A stretch of 64,000 nucleotides of DNA from a virus (IMGVR_UViG_3300042988_001200), one strand, 5' to 3'; numbered from the stretch's first letter, positions 10,323 to 20,436 are shown. Translations and numbers: made by a program. Notes: generated by a model not told the origin, from the letters alone.

Positions 10323-10649
10323 TTATTCTTCTACATTAGAATCACCACCTTCATTTCCTAATAATATTTCAATAGCCCTCTGAGTAATAAGGATAAAAGT
10401 ATTATCATTAAGAGCTAGGTACTTAGCCTTAGTCTCACTTAGAACTAAGTGTCTATTAGTCTTATACCCTACTACCTTAACCATACATTTGGTCTTACCA
10501 ATAAAAGTAACAAATCCTACCTCTACAGCCTTGTTATTACGACTCTCTAAAATAATTAGAGAACCCTTTAGTTTATTAAGAGCGGGGGTTAATTCCTCTC
10601 CAATAGAATTAGATAAAGCTAGTTTATTAAGAATTTCATTAAATATCAT
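10323..10649 (-). CDS. hypothetical protein
   Basis: 108-aa ORF in a tightly packed operon. Confidence 0.5.
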   Translation of the reverse strand: MIFNEILNKLALSNSIGEELTPALNKLKGSLIILESRNNKAVEVGFVTFIGKTKCMVKVVGYKTNRHLVLSETKAKYLALNDNTFILITQRAIEILLGNEGGDSNVEE

Positions 10650-10827
10650 ATATTAAACACTCCTGCATACTTGGATTCATTGTACATAAATATTCTAACC
10701 TATTTTGTTTGGGTAGTTTAGAGAGATATGCAGCATACTCCTCTACAATATCCCAGTCACATGCTAGATTAGATGCTCTAGCCTTCTCTAATAACATAGC
10801 CATCTTTGTATTCTTCATCTTCATCAT
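10639..10827 (-). CDS. hypothetical protein
   Basis: 62-aa ORF with AAGGAG RBS. Confidence 0.5.
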   Translation of the reverse strand: MMKMKNTKMAMLLEKARASNLACDWDIVEEYAAYLSKLPKQNRLEYLCTMNPSMQECLIYDI

Positions 10828-10857
10828 ATTTCTCCTTATTTGATTGAGTATAGCTTT

Positions 10858-11184
10858 TTACTTAAGTAAGAACTTAAGTATTCCTATAATAAGTTCTTTT
10901 TGAGTATTGAACTCTCCTTTTTCTATTAGTTTAGAGAGGGTAGGGTTATTAATAGAATAACTCTTTCTATCTCTATTAGGTATTATGGTGATAGAAAGAG
11001 TTAGATTCTTATTAGGGTTATGCCATTGGTATATAACTCTACTTGTATTAGAGTCTGTAAAACTAGTATCTGGTAATAAATATTCAGATAGAAGTTTAAT
11101 GAACTCTTGACAATCAATCATACTATCCGTCATATCAAGAGTTTCATTCTCTAATTCAGATAGTCTAGGAGATAAGTTATACAT
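10858..11184 (-). CDS. hypothetical protein
   Basis: 108-aa ORF. Confidence 0.5.
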   Translation of the reverse strand: MYNLSPRLSELENETLDMTDSMIDCQEFIKLLSEYLLPDTSFTDSNTSRVIYQWHNPNKNLTLSITIIPNRDRKSYSINNPTLSKLIEKGEFNTQKELIIGILKFLLK

Positions 11185-11188
11185 TAGA

Positions 11189-11872
11189 TTAATACTTTAA
11201 AGTTAGGTCTATAACTTTATTATATGGTTCTGAACTAGCTTGTTGAGAGATATTAAAAGAGAAACTACCCACTAATTCATACTTCTTTATTAGATTTATT
11301 AAGGACTCAGGAGTGGGAACTGGTTCATTATCTACTAGAATATCCACTTTATCTCCTCCGAATAGACTTCTAACTATAATGCTAGAACCTTTATATTCAT
11401 CACACAGTAATCCTCCTAATATAAAATCTAGAGGGCTAGAGTATATAGAACAGATAGAACTCTCTAGAATTAATGGGTATAAGTTACTAGTATTAGATAT
11501 TTGATAGAAGGGTAGAAGCCATTTAGGTGGTTCAAAGAAGACATCTTCTGCTATGAATATCTTATATTCAGGGTATTCAACATTTAAAATAGACATAGCT
11601 GAATCAATATCTACAGGTTCATCATAGAGATTTTCAATAGGAATTTTATTAGATAAAAGGTGTCCGAACGCTGGTAACTCATTGAATATAGATTTAGTTC
11701 CCTCTTTAATTAACCTATATTGAGCTACTAATTGAGAGTTGTAGTAGCTCAATAAATACGTTTCATAGGTAATGTGATTGTTCCTAGGTACTAGTTTTAT
11801 ATAGTATCTCCAAGTAGTTAAAGAGCTAAACAGAAGACTGGTTACTTGAACTATCTCTTTAGGTATATTCAT
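11189..11872 (-). CDS. hypothetical protein
   Basis: 227-aa ORF directly downstream of the vWA gene. Confidence 0.55.
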   Translation of the reverse strand: MNIPKEIVQVTSLLFSSLTTWRYYIKLVPRNNHITYETYLLSYYNSQLVAQYRLIKEGTKSIFNELPAFGHLLSNKIPIENLYDEPVDIDSAMSILNVEYPEYKIFIAEDVFFEPPKWLLPFYQISNTSNLYPLILESSICSIYSSPLDFILGGLLCDEYKGSSIIVRSLFGGDKVDILVDNEPVPTPESLINLIKKYELVGSFSFNISQQASSEPYNKVIDLTLKY

Positions 11873-11874
11873 TT

Positions 11875-13122
11875 CTACATATCCAATAAGTTCATATTAA
11901 TAGAATGACAGTAGGAGGGTAGATTCTCCTGTGTATGGTCCTTTGTAAATACTATTAGAAGGGGAGGTCCATTAAGTTTATAGTATTCAGAAGGAGATAA
12001 GAAGGGACCATAACCATCTGTGAATAAAACAATAACATTAGCTTTTAGTTCCATACAAGCTACTACTTGAGCAGGTATAAAGGAAGTTCCCCCTCTACCA
12101 TTAATAGCTAACTTACCAGAGGATAGAAAATTATCAATAGAATCCTCTGCTTTGATAGGATATACCCCTTGAACAACACAGTCACATACTACTATATGCA
12201 GAGAGCATTTGCAATCTAGTTGAATCTTTTTAATATGTCCTAGAGCTTCTCTAATAGAGATATCAGACATAGACCCACTAGAATCTATTATTACTACTAG
12301 ATTCTTAATAGAGGGGGATGGTTGTTTACCTGGTAGAACAAAGTTATAACTAGAGTTCCTTCTATTAGGTTTATTCCAAGTAGTAATTTTATCATCTCCC
12401 AACTTAGGAACTACAAAGTTGATTAGATGTTTATACCAAGGTTCCTTGGGTGTAGGGATGTTATTGGATAGAATACAATGTAGACTACCAGGAGTTTTAC
12501 CAGCCACCCTATTCTTAAGAGAGTTGGTTATAAATGCTAGGTTTATAGAATCTATAGCCTCTTCATCTTCTATAAACTCTAAGTCATTAGGTAAAAAGTA
12601 ATCAACATCCCCCATAGAATTTAATAGCTCTATTATGGGTTTACTAAGATTACTTTTAATAAGATGAAATAACCTCTCAAAGTTAAATTGAGAAGCTAGC
12701 TCCTCTCTATTTAGTAGGTTTAGAATATCTTTAATAGTAGGAGTTTTCTTATCATTTGGTAATTGAAAGAATTCCTGTCTATATATAAAGCCAGAAGTAG
12801 AGAACTCTAGTACACAAGAGTTAGATATTGCATGAGAAGCTAATAGAGCTATTTCTTTATCTATAGGTTCATTGATTAATTTAAACCCTCTAGAACTATG
12901 GTTAAATAAAATCTGGAAGAGCTCTCTTAAAATAACGGAGCCAATATCCTTAATATTATTAGTTATAAGCGTTTCTCTTTGGATATAGAGATTCTTACCT
13001 ATTACCTTAGTAGGTCCCTCTTGAATCTCTATATTAATAAAAGCTATGAGTTCTACTAATTCTTCTACGTTTGATAGTTCTAGTAGAACTCTACTTAAAT
13101 TAATCTCCTCTATATTCTTCAT
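11875..13122 (-). CDS. DUF2201-type metallopeptidase-like/vWA domain protein
   Basis: MIDAS VIIDSSGSMS, INGRGGTSF, VLFTDGYG; adjacent to the AAA ATPase. Confidence 0.85.
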   Translation of the reverse strand: MKNIEEINLSRVLLELSNVEELVELIAFINIEIQEGPTKVIGKNLYIQRETLITNNIKDIGSVILRELFQILFNHSSRGFKLINEPIDKEIALLASHAISNSCVLEFSTSGFIYRQEFFQLPNDKKTPTIKDILNLLNREELASQFNFERLFHLIKSNLSKPIIELLNSMGDVDYFLPNDLEFIEDEEAIDSINLAFITNSLKNRVAGKTPGSLHCILSNNIPTPKEPWYKHLINFVVPKLGDDKITTWNKPNRRNSSYNFVLPGKQPSPSIKNLVVIIDSSGSMSDISIREALGHIKKIQLDCKCSLHIVVCDCVVQGVYPIKAEDSIDNFLSSGKLAINGRGGTSFIPAQVVACMELKANVIVLFTDGYGPFLSPSEYYKLNGPPLLIVFTKDHTQENLPSYCHSINMNLLDM

Positions 13123-13151
13123 ATTTATAATCCTTTTGTAAGATAATGAAG

Positions 13152-13169
13152 CCCCCTTATATAAGGGGG
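13152..13169. terminator. GC-ended palindrome/hairpin
   Basis: CCCCCTTAT-ATAAGGGGG perfect 18-bp palindrome between the AAA and vWA genes. Confidence 0.5.
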
Positions 13170-13177
13170 ATTAGACT

Positions 13178-14581
13178 TTATTGATTTAGGTTTAATAAGG
13201 AACCTTTGTTATTAACTACATCCTTAGCCCTTTTTCCAATAGGACTATTATAGAATTCTAATAGTTTCTTATTAACCTCTTTAGAAGTAGGGTCTACTAG
13301 ATTAAATTTAGTAGCAACTAGTCTAATATAAAGAACTGTATACTTAGACCCTACTTCAATAGCTCTAGGATGTAAATCTTTATTACCTTCTAGACCCTGT
13401 TCAAAACAAATGATTGGTACAAGTAGAGCCTTAGTAAGAATCTCCTGAGTATCAATTATAGCTTGAATTCTATAAAAGAGACTGTAAAGAGTTCCTAAAT
13501 CTTTAATATTACTTAATAGTTTAAGAACCTTCTTCTCATCTCCACATAAGAACTCTTCTAATGGAGGGAGTTTACAAATCTTAGTTATATGAGAACTAAA
13601 CATTTGAGTAGTAAAAGTACCTAATCTACCTTCTACACTCTTAAAACACTTCTCAATATCTCCATTACAGTGAGTGATTAACTGACTAACCTTCTCCCAG
13701 CTTCTAGGGGTTGGGAAACAATTAGATTCACGAGTATCAAAGGGATAACCCTCTTCTTTACCATGAATATGATTAGGGTTAGCCATTAAGAAACTAATAA
13801 CTGTATCATGCCAATTATGCTCTGTAGCATAATCAATGACACTAGAGGTTCTACATTCTAGACTAAAATGAGTGACCCTATCTTTAATAGCAGCACTATT
13901 CTGATGAGTATTAGGGACATCATGCTCTACTAAGTTAGCTGCTGCCCACACTACCCATCCTGGTTTAAGCTCATATTCACCAATTCTACGTTCTTGTAAT
14001 AACTGTTGAATAGCTGCTTGAGTATCATAAGTAGCATTAAACAACTCATCAAAGAATAGAATACCCTCCTCTTTATCTAGGTTTAGTAGGTTTCTAATAG
14101 ATTTATTAGTGTTTAATTCTAACCAAACACCTAAATCTAATTCCTTAATATTAGTAAGAAGTGTGTTAATAACTGTAGAAGAGCCTTCTTTTAATACTTG
14201 TAAAGGTTCAATCTGTTCAATTGATTGAAGTAAAAGTTCCTTTATTGGAGTGTTAGTAACCTTATTAGCTAACTCAATAATGAACTTTTTACAGTTGGAT
14301 AAAGCTAGAGATTTGTTCTCTTGAAGGGGTAGGGAGTTAGGAGGACACCATTCTACAGCTCCATCTTTAATAGTAGGAATGCCTCTAAGGTCTAGAGCAT
14401 CTACCTGAGAGAGAATGAATACTTGTAAAGATATGCCCTTAGATAATGCAAAATCACTAATAATAGTAGTTTTACCAATACCAACTGGACCAGTAATTAA
14501 GATAGTTTCCTTTAATTGCCATAACAATTCTAGTTGTTTCTTTAGCTCTTCAACACTGATTTTAGTGATATTGTTATCCAT
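13178..14581 (-). CDS. MoxR-like AAA+ ATPase
   Basis: Walker A GPVGIGKT, DALDLRGIP, Walker B ILFFDE, QLLQERRIGEYEL, sensor AAN, FPTPRSWE. Confidence 0.88.
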   Translation of the reverse strand: MDNNITKISVEELKKQLELLWQLKETILITGPVGIGKTTIISDFALSKGISLQVFILSQVDALDLRGIPTIKDGAVEWCPPNSLPLQENKSLALSNCKKFIIELANKVTNTPIKELLLQSIEQIEPLQVLKEGSSTVINTLLTNIKELDLGVWLELNTNKSIRNLLNLDKEEGILFFDELFNATYDTQAAIQQLLQERRIGEYELKPGWVVWAAANLVEHDVPNTHQNSAAIKDRVTHFSLECRTSSVIDYATEHNWHDTVISFLMANPNHIHGKEEGYPFDTRESNCFPTPRSWEKVSQLITHCNGDIEKCFKSVEGRLGTFTTQMFSSHITKICKLPPLEEFLCGDEKKVLKLLSNIKDLGTLYSLFYRIQAIIDTQEILTKALLVPIICFEQGLEGNKDLHPRAIEVGSKYTVLYIRLVATKFNLVDPTSKEVNKKLLEFYNSPIGKRAKDVVNNKGSLLNLNQ

Positions 14582-14635
14582 TTTTAACCTTCTTTATTAC
14601 AACTTGTTTGCCTTTAACCCTAGCCAAACCCCCGT

Positions 14636-14675
14636 TAAAGCTCTAGGTATGTAAGAATATATACCTAGAGCTTTA
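14636..14675 (-). terminator. 15-bp stem-loop downstream of the RNR gene
   Basis: TAAAGCTCTAGGTAT-10 nt-ATACCTAGAGCTTTA. Confidence 0.65.
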
Positions 14676-14680
14676 GTTAT

Positions 14681-17008
14681 TTAACGAATGGGGCAACCTG
14701 ATTTACAAGTATCATCAACTACATCATCATTAGATACTCCATTAAGGATAAGTTCATGTTTATTAAGAATATCATAATCTACTAGAAATAGTATAGACTC
14801 TGATTCATTAGAACCCTTAACCTCTTTACAATAAGAGGGGATTTTACTAAGTAAAGATTCATAATCTTCTTTAGAACACTCTTCAAAAGGTAGAGTAGGG
14901 GTACTTACATAATAGGATAGGAAAGAAGCATTAGTAAATCCATTAGACCAATTAGACTCTAACCAATTAAGAACTCTTAACCACTCAGTATCATCCTTTA
15001 CAGTAATAGTACAACTAGGTAAATGCTCAACATACTCCTTAGTAAAAGCTAATAGATTATCTAATTGTTTAATAGCAGATACATCAAAACTACTTATATT
15101 AGTAGGAGCTTTAATAGGAAATGTAAATAACCAACTATCAACTTTACTTAATATTTCATCCTTTAAACCTTTATCTAATTGGTTATAACTATCTAGTATC
15201 TCTTTAATATCGTTAGTTTCTTTATCTAGATATTCATTTATAAGTTTACATGTATGGGAGTAAGGATAAGGTACTACTGGATATCCCATATCCTTTAAAG
15301 TAAGGGATAATGCGTTCTTAGCTCCCATCTGTACTCTTCTATAGTAATAGGGAGACCAGGACCAATGTAACCCAGCGGATGAACCAAATATAAGAGAAGT
15401 AGTACCTTCTGGTTTAATACAAGTAGTGGCTATAGGTCTATCAATCTTTAATATATCTGCATAAATATTAGCCTCCTCTCTTACCCATTCATATATCTTT
15501 TTCCTAATATCTTTTGCTTCCTCTGATAATGTATCTATATCTAATAAATACATAGCATCTTGCCAACCTGTTAGAGATACCCCTAATAATCTTTCATCTT
15601 GTTGAATAGAGTCCCAGTCTTCCCAAGGTATAGATACTAGAGTTTGTCTTACACTAGCTCTAGTAATAATTCTGGTAGATTGTTCTAGTTCTCTTAGATT
15701 AAGGGTTCCATTATAGATATGATTAGGAATATTAATAGAAGATAGATTACATAGACCTCCTCCTTTAGAAGGAGTTAGGATACCTTTAGTAGTATTAATA
15801 ATATCTTCATTACTCTTATGTCCTATAGATAGAATAATCTCATGGCAAGGATTGGTTCCACAATCTAAATATTTAAGACAATCTTTAGCTGGTCTAACCT
15901 TTCTAGCTGACTCATATCTCTTCCAACACATTAATAGATAATTATTAAACCCCGGTTCTCCAGCTTTCTTTAACGTATCTAATCTCTTTTCTAGTTCTGA
16001 ATAAGAGGGTTTATACTTATCAATTAAGGGTTTAACCTCTAAATAAGTAGCATTTGGCTTGTTATATAGATACAGAACTAGTTCATTCCAACCCTTAGAA
16101 CCTATACATTCTGTATTATTACTTTGAAACCTATAGCTTTTATTGGTAATAAAAGAGCCAATATCCTCTTTAGCTTTAGCACAAAGAATGTCTCCTTCTT
16201 CAAATAAACATATTAAAGCAGCTCTTCTAGTCCCACCTACAGCTATCTGAACTGCTATACAACAGCTAATATCCATACAATCAATGGACCTTAGTTGTTT
16301 ATTTGGACACTCTTTAATAATTAAATCTATATCTTTAATAGTTTTGATAAGAGCTTCAGGGCCAGATGCAGTACCCCCAAATGTCTTTAAGGGTTCTCCC
16401 CAAGGTCTAACATTATCTATATTAATACTAATAGACTTTCTTATACCACTATGAAGCTCTTCTAGAACATATAGAGTACAAGTAGTCCAACCTTCTTTAG
16501 AGTCCCCTACTACTAGTTCATCTCCATCCCAGTATGTATGTTCTTTCCTATTAACTTTAGATATAGGCTGATATTCTTTAAAGGAGATAGATAAATCTTT
16601 ATTTTTAATAAAAGGTAATTGAGATATATCTCTATCAAAGACTCTAAACCCTACACCAGCACCTAGCATAAGGTTAAACATAAGGTTAGAGAATTTATCT
16701 AGAGAATCTATAGCTAAACATGAACAGTTATAAGCACATATAGGATTATAATCAATTGTTTTACTACCAGCAGCCCATCTAGCTCTATTACTAGTAGATA
16801 CCTGTAGATTAGATAGTTTATCTAGAAGAAGGTTATACTCCCTATCTAAATGCTCCTTATTAATATAATCCTTGGCTAAATCAATATTATATCTAGTAAC
16901 CCTCTCTAAGGATTCATAACCAGTCTCTCTAGTTCCATCAGACTTTAACCTTCTATAAGTTCTACAATCAATAACTTCACCTAGTCTTGTATAATTAACT
17001 TCTTTCAT
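14681..17008 (-). CDS. nrdJ: class II (adenosylcobalamin-dependent, monomeric RTPR-type) ribonucleotide reductase
   Basis: YNCS, LMLGAGVGF, VGDSKEGW, VRPWGEPLKTFGGTASGP, GTNPCHEI, CNLS, TCIKPEGT and C-terminal CKSGCPIR redox pair. Confidence 0.92.
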   Translation of the reverse strand: MKEVNYTRLGEVIDCRTYRRLKSDGTRETGYESLERVTRYNIDLAKDYINKEHLDREYNLLLDKLSNLQVSTSNRARWAAGSKTIDYNPICAYNCSCLAIDSLDKFSNLMFNLMLGAGVGFRVFDRDISQLPFIKNKDLSISFKEYQPISKVNRKEHTYWDGDELVVGDSKEGWTTCTLYVLEELHSGIRKSISINIDNVRPWGEPLKTFGGTASGPEALIKTIKDIDLIIKECPNKQLRSIDCMDISCCIAVQIAVGGTRRAALICLFEEGDILCAKAKEDIGSFITNKSYRFQSNNTECIGSKGWNELVLYLYNKPNATYLEVKPLIDKYKPSYSELEKRLDTLKKAGEPGFNNYLLMCWKRYESARKVRPAKDCLKYLDCGTNPCHEIILSIGHKSNEDIINTTKGILTPSKGGGLCNLSSINIPNHIYNGTLNLRELEQSTRIITRASVRQTLVSIPWEDWDSIQQDERLLGVSLTGWQDAMYLLDIDTLSEEAKDIRKKIYEWVREEANIYADILKIDRPIATTCIKPEGTTSLIFGSSAGLHWSWSPYYYRRVQMGAKNALSLTLKDMGYPVVPYPYSHTCKLINEYLDKETNDIKEILDSYNQLDKGLKDEILSKVDSWLFTFPIKAPTNISSFDVSAIKQLDNLLAFTKEYVEHLPSCTITVKDDTEWLRVLNWLESNWSNGFTNASFLSYYVSTPTLPFEECSKEDYESLLSKIPSYCKEVKGSNESESILFLVDYDILNKHELILNGVSNDDVVDDTCKSGCPIR

Positions 17009-17027
17009 ATTTATCTATTTATTTATA

Positions 17028-17354
17028 TCAACATTGACAATCTACTGGAGGGTAATAACTAAAATCACATATTCTAGTTACCTTATTACTACACTCAATT
17101 ATACTGTTTACTTTATCTTCTATACCCGTCTTTATATCATTTATTATTGAGTTAATAAGAATTAACTTCTCTCCACTAGTTAATTCACTGGGAAAGGGTA
17201 TACATATCTCTTTCTCTATAGATAAATAAACTTTTATAACCTCATATGATGGATAATCATCTAACTTATGTCGGCACTTAAGTTCTTTATATATAGCAGA
17301 TTCAAGAGTTATACCCTCTGGTTTGGTGATAGAACAAGGATTATTACAAGACAT
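17028..17354 (-). CDS. Cys-rich hypothetical protein
   Basis: 108 aa; Cys clustered at both termini (MSCNNPC...DCQC). Confidence 0.55.
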   Translation of the reverse strand: MSCNNPCSITKPEGITLESAIYKELKCRHKLDDYPSYEVIKVYLSIEKEICIPFPSELTSGEKLILINSIINDIKTGIEDKVNSIIECSNKVTRICDFSYYPPVDCQC

Positions 17355-17422
17355 AATTAATATAAATAATAGATATATCTAATAGATAGACTAAAAGATA
17401 TATCTATTATTTATATTAATTA
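17354..17422. repeat. 27-bp perfect inverted repeat occupying the whole intergenic gap
   Basis: TAATTAATATAAATAATAGATATATCT (17354-17380), 15-nt loop, exact reverse complement at 17396-17422. Confidence 0.9.
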
Positions 17423-17893
17423 ACGGAGGAAAGTAGTTAATGGAGTAATAACATCCATATCTGAAAGGTAAGTATTACTATTCAAATAAGTAATATTACT
17501 ATCTTGTTTCTTTATGAGGAAAAGGTTAAACTCATTAATTAAAGGAAGAAGATGTTTATTCCAAGAATTAAGAGCTAACATAATAACTCCTTTAGAATCT
17601 AAAGTAAGAATAGCTCTAGAAGATTTGTCTGTTTTAATACTATAGGCTCTACCTTCAAAGTCATATCTTTTTGTAGTTATAATCATTGTTCTAACTGCAT
17701 ATTTATGATTAAATCTAAAGAAATCTGTCAAATCCCTTGTTGAATATAAACGTTCAGGGACTGGACTATCGTTATTTCTACTAGATGGAGAGATAAAAGG
17801 TAGTTTAGGAAAAGCCTTTTTAATTAATTCATGGGCTTCTTCATTACTAATATCATTGATTAGATTCTGACGCAGTGTATACTTTAATTCCAT
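17420..17893 (-). CDS. possible Rha/antirepressor-like DNA-binding protein
   Basis: YSTRDLTDFFRFNHKYAVRTMI resembles the Rha N-terminus; weak. Confidence 0.35.
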   Translation of the reverse strand: MELKYTLRQNLINDISNEEAHELIKKAFPKLPFISPSSRNNDSPVPERLYSTRDLTDFFRFNHKYAVRTMIITTKRYDFEGRAYSIKTDKSSRAILTLDSKGVIMLALNSWNKHLLPLINEFNLFLIKKQDSNITYLNSNTYLSDMDVITPLTTFLR

Positions 17894-17921
17894 GATTAAC
17901 CTCTTTGATTAGAAAAAACAA

Positions 17922-17947
17922 AGCTCTTAGATTTATATCTAAGAGCT
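17922..17947 (-). terminator. 11-bp stem-loop
   Basis: AGCTCTTAGAT-TTAT-ATCTAAGAGCT followed on the minus strand by TTGTTTTTT. Confidence 0.7.
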
Positions 17948-18440
17948 ATAACTGTAAGTTAAGACTATTTGGATGAATAGTTATAAAAGGAGAGAACTCT
18001 TCATATATCTTTTTACTCCTCCATTTTGCCTCCTTTGGTAATTGATTAACATACTCTAAATAAAGATTGTTAAATATAGATTCTATATCTAAGTAGTTAA
18101 CATTAGGTATTAGTTTAATAAGATTATTGGCTTTAGGGCTTATTCCTTTATCTTTAGGGGATGTAAATATAAAATAGATTTCTTTATTAAAGAACTTTTT
18201 GGCTAATTCAATATAATTTTTATCTCCTAAAGTAATAGATACTGTTTCTAAATCAATAGTATTCTTCTTTATTTCTATTACTAATACATAATTATTAAAT
18301 ATTTGAATAACATCAAATCTTCTAGATTTATTAACCTCTTCTATATTGGGTACAGAGAATTCTTGTATTAGTTTTATCCCTTTTATATGTGAACTTAGAA
18401 GAATGAGTTTGTTCTGTATCTGCTTTTCATTGAATTCCAT
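17946..18440 (-). CDS. PD-(D/E)XK nuclease-like protein
   Basis: SRRFDVI...VLVIEIKK motif. Confidence 0.65.
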   Translation of the reverse strand: MEFNEKQIQNKLILLSSHIKGIKLIQEFSVPNIEEVNKSRRFDVIQIFNNYVLVIEIKKNTIDLETVSITLGDKNYIELAKKFFNKEIYFIFTSPKDKGISPKANNLIKLIPNVNYLDIESIFNNLYLEYVNQLPKEAKWRSKKIYEEFSPFITIHPNSLNLQL

Positions 18441-18978
18441 AAGAGTAGATAAATTCTCTTACTAGGTTTTTGATATTATGCTTCTCTTCTTCTAATAGAA
18501 TCTCGGGCTTATTTATAAGAGAATAACTTAGGTTACAGTTATCTACCTCTCTTTTATATAAACAATTATTTATATCTACATAACTTAATTCACTATTAAA
18601 ATTGTCATAAAAACAATTGAACTCCTTATTTTCTCTAAATAAACTAAGGAGATAATTTAACATTTCTTTATATAAAGACTGATCTATTATCCATCTAGAA
18701 GGAAACCTATCATAAGTAAAGTATAAATGAATAAGTAAAAACATCACAGCTTGGTCATTATATTCTACTAGATATAAAACTGGAGTATAACAATAGCTAT
18801 ATAACGTATGAATTACTACCTTATTTTGTTGGTTATAAGCATTAATAGACTCTTTATTAAGAGGGAATATAGAGATTTCTGGAAGATAGACTTCTCTATC
18901 CTTTCTTAGAATAGAGAAGTCTAAGGTGGAACTCTCTACATTTAATTCAATTAAATTAAGGAGTTCTGATACTAGCAT
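18427..18978 (-). CDS. hypothetical protein
   Basis: 183-aa ORF. Confidence 0.5.
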   Translation of the reverse strand: MLVSELLNLIELNVESSTLDFSILRKDREVYLPEISIFPLNKESINAYNQQNKVVIHTLYSYCYTPVLYLVEYNDQAVMFLLIHLYFTYDRFPSRWIIDQSLYKEMLNYLLSLFRENKEFNCFYDNFNSELSYVDINNCLYKREVDNCNLSYSLINKPEILLEEEKHNIKNLVREFIYSYGIQ

Positions 18979-19295
18979 TTATTATTTATGGTTGTTTTTG
19001 TTATATAACCAAGGGCTTCTATCTCTAAACATATTTCCTTGTACCCTAAAAGCGCTATGGGTTTATCTAATAATGCTATATCCCCTGAGACTAAGGGTTT
19101 TATTCTAATAGCATTACTACCTTCTAATCTTATACTTTCTTTAATTTCTCCTTCTATATCTAAATAATAAAGGGTAGGTCCCCCACATAAGTATATATGG
19201 CTTATATCATTTATGTGGGCACATATATTATATAGTTGTGTACTTTCATTAGCACTATACTTAAGTAAATATTTGTATTCCTCTGGTAATGGCAT
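18972..19295 (-). CDS. hypothetical protein
   Basis: 107-aa ORF. Confidence 0.5.
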   Translation of the reverse strand: MPLPEEYKYLLKYSANESTQLYNICAHINDISHIYLCGGPTLYYLDIEGEIKESIRLEGSNAIRIKPLVSGDIALLDKPIALLGYKEICLEIEALGYITKTTINNKC

Positions 19296-19301
19296 ATAAA
19301 T

Positions 19302-19733
19302 CTAAAGAGGTAATTTAATAATGTAGTTAGTTATGCTAAGAGGAGTCTCTTTCTTTACAATAATAGAGCTCATCTCAATATCTACTGTTAATTTACCTAC
19401 TTTTGTTCCTTTAGTACCAGGACCCCCAACAGCTCCATAAAATACTGGTTGTTGATTCTTATTTAAAATGGCATACTCTTTAACAGTTCCATTATTTATA
19501 GCTATAGTAGATAAAGATTGATTAGAAGGTATAAGTAAATAAGTCTCTAGTTTTTCATTAGGTCTAGCGAAGGCTGGTGTTGGCAATTTAAAAGAAGCTA
19601 TTATGGTTCCTCCATCTATACCTCCCACTGAATATAAATTAAGGGTAGGGTAATTAATTAAAGAACCTTCCTCTACTTTCCTTGTTAAATAAATTAAATA
19701 GTCTGTAAGTATATTTACTGGTATAGAACTCAT
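19302..19733 (-). CDS. probable virion structural protein
   Basis: NNGTVKEYAILNKNQQPVFYGAVG...ITNYIIKLP resembles the small beta-rich tail-associated family. Confidence 0.4.
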   Translation of the reverse strand: MSSIPVNILTDYLIYLTRKVEEGSLINYPTLNLYSVGGIDGGTIIASFKLPTPAFARPNEKLETYLLIPSNQSLSTIAINNGTVKEYAILNKNQQPVFYGAVGGPGTKGTKVGKLTVDIEMSSIIVKKETPLSITNYIIKLPL

Positions 19734-19763
19734 TATAATGTTATAAGTATTTATAACATTATA
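19734..19763. terminator. 13-bp AT-rich stem-loop
   Basis: TATAATGTTATAA-GTAT-TTATAACATTATA. Confidence 0.5.
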
Positions 19764-19764
19764 T

Positions 19765-20391
19765 TTAGAATTTAAGGAGAGTAGTGTAACCTTTCCAATG
19801 AATTTCCTTCTTAGTATTCTCCTTTCTTAATAACCAAAAGAATAAGGTAGATATTCTATTTATTAGACTCTTTAAGGTTTTATCTTCTATGCTTTCTATA
19901 GATAAACACTCATTAAGATATAACTCCACAGTTCTAAGACTTATCCTTACTCGGTCTAATCTAGATAACCTCTCACTATTAAACATAAGGAAGTCCTGGC
20001 AATCCCCTATTTCTGACTTAAGTTTATATAATAAGGTCTCTACATTCCTTAGACTTTCTTCCTGTAATCTATGTCTATCACTATTACCTTTACATAAGAT
20101 AAATGCAGATATATTAAAGGAGTTCTCTCTTAACCAAAATAGAGATTTATATACTTCCTCACTATAGATATAAATACCTATCTTCTCTATTAGATCTTTA
20201 TACCGATATAAGGATTTATACTTATAATCCTTTAGACATAGACTAATATCATTTCTTAAATACTCAAGAGATTGGTCTAATAAAGTCTTAGAATTAATGT
20301 TCTTAGTACAGGAGTTATCTCCTTTACCTTCTTTGTAAGAAGTTACTATTCGAGCTGTAGAAGGTTTAGACATAATATTTAAATCCAACAT
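19765..20391 (-). CDS. pduO: PduO-type ATP:cob(I)alamin adenosyltransferase-like protein
   Basis: RIVT...GKGDNSCT; DFLMF; RLDRVRISLRTVEL; INRISTLFFWLLRKEN...EIHW, aligning with PduO IYTRTGD / HVARTVCRRAER / LNRLSDLLFVLAR. Confidence 0.7.
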   Translation of the reverse strand: MLDLNIMSKPSTARIVTSYKEGKGDNSCTKNINSKTLLDQSLEYLRNDISLCLKDYKYKSLYRYKDLIEKIGIYIYSEEVYKSLFWLRENSFNISAFILCKGNSDRHRLQEESLRNVETLLYKLKSEIGDCQDFLMFNSERLSRLDRVRISLRTVELYLNECLSIESIEDKTLKSLINRISTLFFWLLRKENTKKEIHWKGYTTLLKF

Positions 20392-20436
20392 TCTAAATAT
20401 AAATATAAGGGACTTTTATTAGTTTAACCATTATTT

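Noticed and set aside
14070-14330. AAA ATPase insertion as an intein
   Set aside because: No N-terminal Cys/Ser block or C-terminal HN; it looks helical.
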